Below the pieces are notes generated by a model. That model had not been told where the DNA came from and searched no databases. It was given only the letters and a program-made list of their open reading frames with translations. A stretch of 64,000 nucleotides of DNA from an uncultured Ignavibacteria bacterium (GTDB lineage Bacteria > Zixibacteria > MSB-5A5 > CAIYYT01), in NCBI GenBank assembly GCA_964584025.1, contig CAZOYE010000010.1, positions 14,515 to 78,514 on the forward strand, read 5' to 3'. Shown one piece after another: positions 39,379 to 47,300 of the stretch. The translations under genes and the position numbers were made by a program. The stretch's first letter is position 1. Every line of letters starts with the position of its first letter.

Positions 39379-39450
39379 ATCTCCGAATCTTGCGTCGTGA
39401 CTGACCGTTACATCTTCGGCGGCGGTCCGGTACCGTGCGCGGGGTGTTGA
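39379..39450 (+). pseudogene. Orphan 3' remnant of a dockerin-like CTD gene (last ~24 codons plus stop)
   Basis: Translates IISESCVVTDRYIFGGGPVPCAGC*. The nucleotides are near-identical to 35220-35272 (acatcttcggcggcggcccggcaccgtgcgcggggtgttga). There is no upstream ORF. Confidence 0.55.
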
Positions 39451-39560
39451 GGGTTTCGGTGACATGTCGTTACTGACAAATACACAACAGCCGCCCGAAT
39501 CGCTTCGGACGGCTGTTTGTTTCCCGGTCCCTGGATCTGGTCAGATCAGATGCGCTAATC

Positions 39561-40940
39561 CTACCCGAATACATCCTTGTTAGTATCGATTTCGTACTTC
39601 TTGATCTTCTCAAATAGAGTGGTATAGTCGATTTGCAGAATGTCAGCGGTCTTGCGCTTGTTGCCGCGCGTCTGGTTGAGTACGCGAATGATCATCGCGC
39701 GCTCAGCCTGCATTTGCGCCAACTGGCCGACTTCCTTGAGGCCCGCACCTTCACGAAGGCGGACATCTTCAGATGTCGACAGACGAATCGCCAGATGCTC
39801 CGGCTTGATCTTCTTGCCTTCCGCCAGAATAATCGCGCGCTCCATCGTATTTTCCAGCTCGCGCACATTGCCCGGCCAGTGATAGCGCTCGAGGATCTGC
39901 AGCGCCTCACGCGAGAGCGATTTCTCACCCTTCTTCATCTGGCGCCAATACTTGTTGATGAAGTAGTTCGCCAACGGAATGACATCCTCGCGGCGCTCGC
40001 GCAGCGGCGGAATATGAATCGGGAATACCGAGAGGCGATAGAACAGGTCTTCGCGGAATTTCTTCTTACCGATGGCTTCTTGAAGATTCATGTTGGTCGC
40101 CGTGATGATGCGGACATCCACCTTGATCGGCTTGGTGCCGCCGAGGCGTTCGAAAGTCTGCTCCTGAAGCACACGCAGGAGCTTGGCCTGCAGCGAGAAT
40201 TCCAGATCGCCGATTTCATCGAGAAAGATCGTGCCGCCGGAAGCGATCTCGAACTTGCCCATCTTGCGGGCGTGCGACGAGGTAAATGCGCCCTTCTCCG
40301 AACCAAACAACTCGTTTTCAAGCAGCTCGCCGGGGATCGCGGCGCAATTGATCGTGATATAGGGTTTGGTCTTGCGCGCCGAAAGCGAATGGATCGCCCG
40401 CGCGAACAGCTCTTTACCCGTGCCCGATTCGCCGGTGAGGAGGATCGTCGTGTCCGAGGAGGCCACCTTCTGGACCAGCCGCATGACATCGATCATCTTC
40501 TCGCTGGTGCCGATGATATCGGTGAAGCCGAGCGATTCGGCCAGTTCCTCGCGCAGGAGGTTGTTTTCCGCGACCAGGCGTTGATTTTCCAGCGCGCGCT
40601 CGACGATCATGCGCAGATGGCTGGTGTCGAACGGCTTTTGCAGGAAATCAAACGCGCCGCGCTTCATGGCCTCGACAGCGGTCTCGATCGTGCCGTAGGC
40701 GGTCATCACGATTACCGCCGAGTCGGGATCAACGTTGCGCACCTGTGACAGTACGTCCATTCCGGAGATATCCGGCATACGCAAATCGGTCAGGATAACG
40801 TCGAAGTGCTTTTCACGTGAGCGCGCGACGCCGACATCGCCGGTTTCTGCGGTTTCGACATCGTAACCGTCCGCGGACAGCGACGCCTTGAGCATTTCGC
40901 GCATGCTGTCTTTGTCATCGATGACAAGAATGTTAGACAC
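39561..40940 (-). CDS. Sigma-54-dependent response regulator (NtrC/Fis family)
   Basis: REC domain (DLRMPD). AAA+ core with GESGTGKELFA and GAFTSS. C-terminal HTH. Confidence 0.9.
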   Translation of the reverse strand: MSNILVIDDKDSMREMLKASLSADGYDVETAETGDVGVARSREKHFDVILTDLRMPDISGMDVLSQVRNVDPDSAVIVMTAYGTIETAVEAMKRGAFDFLQKPFDTSHLRMIVERALENQRLVAENNLLREELAESLGFTDIIGTSEKMIDVMRLVQKVASSDTTILLTGESGTGKELFARAIHSLSARKTKPYITINCAAIPGELLENELFGSEKGAFTSSHARKMGKFEIASGGTIFLDEIGDLEFSLQAKLLRVLQEQTFERLGGTKPIKVDVRIITATNMNLQEAIGKKKFREDLFYRLSVFPIHIPPLRERREDVIPLANYFINKYWRQMKKGEKSLSREALQILERYHWPGNVRELENTMERAIILAEGKKIKPEHLAIRLSTSEDVRLREGAGLKEVGQLAQMQAERAMIIRVLNQTRGNKRKTADILQIDYTTLFEKIKKYEIDTNKDVFG

Positions 40941-41048
40941 GGATATCCCTTCACCTTCAGGTGAATGCCGTTAATCGATCACTCCTCGATTATCGACAGA
41001 TCGGGGAAATCCTTAAGTGCGTGATTTGTATTCGGATATAGCGTTTCG

Positions 41049-41720
41049 CTAAGGCTTGCAATTGCGGCACGGCGAATAGCACTCGTCGAGAAACTCCTCG
41101 CGGCTATCGCGACGGATCAGGTGCTTGCTTTCACCGCTCGTCACGGCGTCGCAAGTCGAGCGGTGGAAGCGGCGACTTTCGGTGTTGCCGAAGTAGGCCG
41201 TGTCGGGCCTCTCCGCCGGCAGCGACCAGATTCCCAGCTTCAACCGCAGCGCCGAACGTTGGGCGGCACAGAGCTCCTGAAAGGCCGCATTCGCCAGCTG
41301 GCCTTCGAAGAAGTAGGCTGCGGCCAGCCCCTCTTCGACCAGACGCTCGTTGACGAAAACAGTATCGACGTACACAAACGCGAGCGTTCGTTGATAGCGG
41401 TCGCGGCGTTCCTTACCGTACTCGTAGCGCAACTGGCTTCCGGAATTCAACATCTCTTGAAGTGCTACTTCAGCTTCGCGGGCGAAAGGCTGGCCCTTTT
41501 CAGGAGTGTCGATCCCGAGCAGCCGGATCGTGTTCCCTTCTGAATCACTAAACGTGTCGCCGTCGACGACCTTGATTCCGGCGCCCGCAGGGACGACGTC
41601 GCGCTCGGGAATGTCGGGTTTCTTGCTAATTTCCCGGTAAAGCAGGACGGCAAGGATCAGGAGAATTACGACGAAGAGATGCGAAAACCGAAGGCGCCTG
41701 GAAGAGCGGGATTTGCTCAA
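41049..41720 (-). CDS. Membrane-anchored thermonuclease (SNase)-like nuclease with C-terminal Cys/His-rich tail
   Basis: VVDGDTF...[10 protein letters not shown]... matches the SNase motif. N-terminal TM. Tail HRSTCDAVTSGESKH...CYSPCRNC. Confidence 0.65.
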   Translation of the reverse strand: MSKSRSSRRLRFSHLFVVILLILAVLLYREISKKPDIPERDVVPAGAGIKVVDGDTFSDSEGNTIRLLGIDTPEKGQPFAREAEVALQEMLNSGSQLRYEYGKERRDRYQRTLAFVYVDTVFVNERLVEEGLAAAYFFEGQLANAAFQELCAAQRSALRLKLGIWSLPAERPDTAYFGNTESRRFHRSTCDAVTSGESKHLIRRDSREEFLDECYSPCRNCKP

Positions 41721-43075
41721 TACGACTCGCCCCGGAGCCTTTCGCGCAGCAGCCGCATCTCCTCGGTATCGCGGCCATATTCCTCTGCTTCACCCAGGTG
41801 ATGCTGAGCGCGTTTGTGCTCCCCTTTTTCGTAGAAGATCTCCGCCGCGACGATGTGTGCCGGTTGGTGTGCCGGATTCAAGCGGATGGCCGTATCGATG
41901 GCTTCCGCCGCTTTGTCGAGACGATTAAGAATCAGGTTGTATTCCGCGATAACGATCAACGGTTCCGGATAGGACGGATCAAGTTCCTGAGCGCGGCGAA
42001 CCAACTGCAGCAAGCGCTCGTCGTCACCCACATCCGTCGACTTGATGCGTTCGAGGTGGGCGTAGGCCAAGCCAATTAGGTATCCCGGATCGTAGGGATT
42101 CTTGCGGATCGCCTTCACGAACTCGGCCTCGGCATCATCAATCCGGTCCTGCATGAGATAGACCCAGGCGAGCGCGAAGTTGACCTGCGAACTCTCCGGA
42201 TTCGAACGAAAAGCGCGTCGAATAAACTCTTCCGCCTTATCGTATTGCTGCATCTCCTTGAAGTTGTAGGCGATCCCCATCAGCATTTCGAAATCGACCG
42301 GGTTAAGATCAAGCGCCTCTTCAAACGCCTCGCGGGCGGCTTCGTGATTGCCCTTGCCCAGCAGGAATTCGGCGCGTTGCCGGCAATCGGACTCCAGTTC
42401 CAGCGCCAGATGGAGAAGCGAGTGAACCTCGCGCTTATCGTAATCGAGCTCGAGCGCGCGCAGAAACGCCTCGCGAGCCGCTGCGGCGCGACCCGATTCC
42501 AGCAGGCACTGCCCTAACCCGAGAAGCGCCTTGTGGCTGTATTCGCGGCTTTCGGTGAGATCGCACTCGACGGCTTGCTCGAAATAGTGCACCGCCTCGT
42601 CACGATAAGACATCGCCGCAAGCGTCAGCCCCATTTCTGTAAGATACTTCGACGAATTGGGAAATTCAGAGAGTGAACTTTCCAGCTCCGTCCGGCTCGA
42701 CTTCAGCCGCCCGGACCGTTGATAAACCAGCGAGCGGTGGTAATGAGCTTCGGAAGCCTCCGGGAATTCCCAGCGCACGAATGACTGGGTAGGATTGTGG
42801 CGGATGAAATTATTGTACTCCTCGGCGGAATTGAATTTCATCGCCTGGCTCACGCGTCGGCGGAGGATCCGCGTAATCGAGCTGTTGCGGGAAATGATGC
42901 GATCGGTTTCGCGCAAGACCGTATCGTAGTCGCCGGCCTCCAGGGCCAGGTTAATCGAATCAAAAGGCGCCTGGGGGTCGCCGGCACGCCGGATTCGACG
43001 GACAACTGCCTGCACGAGGTTCCGGAGTCGTTCGATCATACGGGAGCAATGTACGGCACTTTGCCGGATCGTCAA
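41717..43075 (-). CDS. TPR repeat protein
   Basis: Multiple 34-aa TPR-like units (AEAEFVKAIRKNPYDPGYLIGLAYAHL and others). 4-nt overlap with the nuclease gene. Confidence 0.6.
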   Translation of the reverse strand: MTIRQSAVHCSRMIERLRNLVQAVVRRIRRAGDPQAPFDSINLALEAGDYDTVLRETDRIISRNSSITRILRRRVSQAMKFNSAEEYNNFIRHNPTQSFVRWEFPEASEAHYHRSLVYQRSGRLKSSRTELESSLSEFPNSSKYLTEMGLTLAAMSYRDEAVHYFEQAVECDLTESREYSHKALLGLGQCLLESGRAAAAREAFLRALELDYDKREVHSLLHLALELESDCRQRAEFLLGKGNHEAAREAFEEALDLNPVDFEMLMGIAYNFKEMQQYDKAEEFIRRAFRSNPESSQVNFALAWVYLMQDRIDDAEAEFVKAIRKNPYDPGYLIGLAYAHLERIKSTDVGDDERLLQLVRRAQELDPSYPEPLIVIAEYNLILNRLDKAAEAIDTAIRLNPAHQPAHIVAAEIFYEKGEHKRAQHHLGEAEEYGRDTEEMRLLRERLRGESY

Positions 43076-43085
43076 GGCTAAAAGT

Positions 43086-43108
43086 TGATAGTATTATTGA
43101 TACTAATC
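43086..43108. promoter_or_regulatory. Palindromic motif copy 1 (AGTATTATTGATACT)
   Basis: Inverted half-sites AGTAT...ATACT. Lies 10 bp upstream of the TPR gene start. Confidence 0.3.
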
Positions 43109-43265
43109 CAGACAACTCGTCGGCGCCCGAGTTGAGAGCGGCCCGTTTCTTTGTAAGCCTTTGATTAATAACGCCGCCATGGCAAGACGGCGAATCTGCA
43201 GATATGACCTGTCTGGCAATTCTGGTCGAAACGACCAGTCGCCGTTGTTGCCTTGGTCATTATTT

Positions 43266-43280
43266 AGTATTAGTGATACT
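43266..43280. promoter_or_regulatory. Palindromic motif copy 2 (AGTATTAGTGATACT)
   Basis: Same 7-1-7 palindrome, 180 bp from copy 1. Confidence 0.3.
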
Positions 43281-43464
43281 TATTAATCTCTCGCGACACA
43301 CCGATTTCATCGTAATGGAGATCGATGCCTCCCGAGCCGTCTTTGCGGGCGTTACACCACTTGTGTTGCTTTGCAAGCAGTTAGCCTGGGCGACCTTTGT
43401 AGAAGCGCCCGCGGGGGGTGCGAATCAACCCGACGCGGCGTCCTGTCTTGGAGCTGATATTGAA

Positions 43465-43479
43465 AGTATTAATGATACT
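43465..43479. promoter_or_regulatory. Palindromic motif copy 3 (AGTATTAATGATACT)
   Basis: Same palindrome, 199 bp from copy 2. Confidence 0.3.
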
Positions 43480-43752
43480 ATATGCTCATTTAGGGCGTGT
43501 CTTCGCGATGCCATTGCGAAGAGGCTTTCGGTGCCGGGCCTTTCGGCCAAACACCCTTCAAATCCGACTATTCAGTTGCGCTCACTCTATAAGACTGAAG
43601 ATTGGGTCAGAAAAGCCGGAACTGGCTGGCCATGCGAGGCAGACACCACAGCCCGTAGCCGTGAATTGGGAGAAACTTAAGCCGGCTCCCTCCGGCCAGC
43701 CGGCGGCTCGCTTGACCGGCAGCTGCTGGGCCTGAGAAAACCAAAAATTTTC

Positions 43753-43780
43753 TTGACAATTTCTTGTCCGACTGTACATT
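43753..43780 (+). promoter_or_regulatory. Candidate promoter TTGACA-16-TACATT far upstream of the giant gene
   Basis: Direct sequence match. Would yield a ~600-nt leader. Confidence 0.25.
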
Positions 43781-44374
43781 GTTGCCGGTTGGTTGAACGT
43801 TTTGATGTACCTACCGTACATTACTCTCAGCACAAACAGCACGTTTTAGTTAACGAATTAGTTAACAGCACAAGCCTCTCACACTAGGCACTGTCATTTC
43901 GATGCGATTTTTGTTACACAAGATCGTGCTCGTGGTGAACTGCGTCCTCCTATTCTCTTTATTCACCAAATCCTCATTCGCTTGACTTGTCGCAACTACT
44001 AACTGATTGAAGCAAGACGCAGTCTTGAGGAGGTGTGATCGCTTCGGGCGGTTCACAGTCGATAAAGCTATCGAGACGAAAATTACTGTGTACGACCTTA
44101 CCCGGGGAAACTAATGCTACGTTCGGAAGTACCGAAACTATTAGCAGAGGTAACCCCAATCTCCAAGATTAGGAATCCTTGAGACAAGTAGTTGGCCTGC
44201 TGACCCACAACCCTAGACAAGTTACGGGTCGCCGCCAGCTCCAAGGTCCCTGATCGGCTGTCGCAGGCTACATGATCTGCTGCAACGACAGGGTACTTAG
44301 GTTGGTGTGCCGCAGCTTTGAGCTGCAAGGCCGGACTACAAACGTATTTTCCTAACTGTGTAAGGAGGAAGTAC

Positions 44375-47300
44375 ATGTTCAAAAGACTTTTGCTGGTCGT
44401 GTTGACTTTGGCCTTGATTCTGGGCCTGAGCAGCATGGCTTTTGCAACCAAGGATCCGAGTTCCTTTAAAGTTGGCACGTATACGATCGGCACTCCTGGA
44501 GCCGGCCGCGCGCTACATCAGCCGCAGCCGATCCATCCGCCGACGACTCCGTATTCAGGCGGCATTGCTCAACCTTTGCCGAATCCGCAGCAGCCGGCCG
44601 CTCGTTCGAGCGCGGCCACCTGCGACTGGCAGGCCCAGTATGGCACCATTAGCTTCTATTTTAATGGTTCCGCTGGATTCGGCCAGGCAGTGCGTTGGTC
44701 ACAGACCAATTCTGCTGAAGTCTGTTCCCTGAAGACGATTAGTCTGTTGATTTACGGCGCCGCGAGCACCTTTGGTGCTTCGGCGGGCGTAACCTCCTAC
44801 GTATGGGCCGACGATGGAACCGGACTTCCTGGTGCCGTCATCTACTCAGTGAACGTTCCGCATGCGAGCATTCTGTTCTATCCGTCATACACGGATGTCG
44901 ATGTCTCGTCTGCGAATCTTGTTTTCTCCGGTGTGACTGAATACCACACTGGTTTCATTCCGAACAGCATTGCCGACACCTACGCCTGCTTGATGGATAA
45001 CGGCGACGGCGGACCGAACGCGTCCACCAGTCTCTACATCCAGGGCACGGGTTGGTTCGGTAACGGCGGCGTGTTCGTGAGCGGTGACATCAACTGGGCG
45101 CAAGAGATCTACACCTGCTGCTACGAAGCTGGTGACCCGGGTATCTGCGATACTCAGTTGTGGCATTGCGGTGTTGTGTATCGCTGGCCCGGTTTCTGGG
45201 CTGCCGAGCGCTTCACTGCCGCTGGCGAATGCACGCTGAAGACGGTGCGTCTGAGCATCTCTTCGTTCGGTACTGCCGCTTATGTCGGTGGTATTGACGC
45301 TCTCATTTACGCCGACAACGGCGGCCTTCCGGGAACGATTCTCGGCAGCGTCCACGTCCCGGATGCATCGATTACGTTTGCTCCTGGCATGACGTCAGTC
45401 GACGTTTCGGGTCTGGGCCTCGTGTTCAATAACGAGGACTACCACGTCGGTTATCGCCCGGTCAATCCGGCTGAAGATTATCAGCCGATTGGCGACGACG
45501 GCGAAATTCCGGCGACCTGTCCCGAGGGCGGCGTCCTTCGTGGTTCCGCGTCCCTTGATTTGGGCGCCACCTGGGATTACATGGCCAACATCGACATCGG
45601 TTACGATGATAACTGGGTGTTTGAAGTTGACTATTGCTGCGCGGCTGTCGTGAACCTTTGCGACAACCTCAACTATGCTGGTTCTCCGTTCTATTACTGG
45701 ACTGAGCCGGACGTTTATGGCGACCAGTTCCGTAACATGCGGTTTACCAACGCCGAATACTGCACGCTGAAGACCGTCAACCTGAACTTCTATGCTCCGG
45801 GTTCAGTCGGTGCTCCGGGCGCGCAAATCTACATTTGGAATTCGGACGGCCAGTTCCCGACTTCCGTGATCACGACCTACAACGTGAACCCGGTTGTTGA
45901 TTACTTCCCGACCGCGACCAGTGTCGATGTTTCGGCTGCGAACATTCTTCTGGCGGGTGACTACCACGTCGGATATTCCACGATTCTTAACGCCCCGACC
46001 GATGTGTTGGCGATTCTTTCGGACGACGGAACCACAGGTTCGCTTCGTTCGAGCGAGTTCTACTCCGGTCAGTGGTGGTTAATGGCGAACAGCTGGGGTG
46101 CGGATGTCAACTTCTTGATTGACGTCGACCGCTGCTGCACGCCTCCGGGTTATTGCCCGATCTTCTGCTCGCCGACCGATCAGTGGCCGACCTTCTCGCA
46201 CGACTATGCTCGTACGGGCCAGTCGCAACTGACTCTGGGCGACCTTTGCGGTATCGTGAAGGTTTGGCAGTATGACGGTCCCGCGGCTGTCAACGGCCTC
46301 AACTTCACCCAGCCCTTGATCTACAATGACCTGGTTTATGCTGCTTACAACGATCGCGTTGTCGCTGTCGACCTGCAGACCGGCGCGCTGGTGTGGGATA
46401 CCTTTACCCTCGGGTATGGTCTCATCATCACCAACTCGCTGCGTTGCCAGATGACGATCGACCCGACCGGCTTGTACTTTGGTACTGGTGCTCTCCGCGG
46501 ATTCGCGAAAGCAGATCTGGCGACCGGTGCGAACATCTGGGCGCGCGGCGTTGGCGTTGCCAACCCGCTTCCGGGTACGCCGGGCCAGACTCGTTTCGCC
46601 GGTTCCGTGATCGTCGGCAACGAAGTGTACTTTGGTTGCGAAAACTCCCAGATCTACGCTCTCAATGCCACGACCGGTGCCGACCTGTACTCAGCCCAGC
46701 TTTACACCGATGCCGGCAACACCGTGAAGGGTTCGATCTACGGACCGGCCACGACCGACGGCAGCGATTTGTTCTTCGGGTTGACCGCCAACCTTCTGGG
46801 CGCGACCAACGGCCTTGGCGCCGTGATCTCGGTCAGCTACGGTGGTGCGTTTACCCAGAACTGGAAGCACATCAGCGCTTTCCAGGCTGTGCTGCATGAG
46901 AACTTTGCGGCAGGCACAACCTATCGTTGTGACAACCTGTTCGTTCACGCTTCGTTTGCCTTCGGCAACCAGGGCGACTATTCCGGTTACCGTCAGAACC
47001 TCGATCCGGCTACGGGTACCCCGATCTGGACTTCGACGTTCCTGATGGGCCAGAATATCTTCTGCCCGCCGGCTGCCGGCAACGAACTGGTGTTCTTCCC
47101 GAACATCAATAACGGCTTCGGCAGCCCGAACGCCGGAACCCGCGGCGTGCGTGCGGTCAACTTTGCGAACAGCACGGTTTGGCTCAATGCCGCTTCCGAT
47201 GCCGCGAACAACAACGTGTTCAACTCGCCGGCGGTCACCTGCGATCCGTACGTCATGTATGGTTCGTATGACCTGATCGGCTTTGACTACCACTGGGGTA

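Noticed and set aside
39633-40748. 371-aa plus-strand ORF
   Set aside because: It is antisense to the sigma-54 activator gene.
43204-43735. ORFs of 158 and 105 aa in the 1.3-kb intergenic region
   Set aside because: No RBS, no recognisable protein features, and odd composition. They overlap the palindrome array, so the region is more plausibly regulatory or noncoding.
43680-44374. Sigma-54 -24/-12 promoter upstream of the giant gene (given the nearby sigma-54 activator)
   Set aside because: A scan for GG-N10-GC with flanking TGGCAC/TTGCA found only one weak GG...GC match (AGGTTGGTGTGCCGCA at ~44300) with a poor -24 box, so there is no convincing element.
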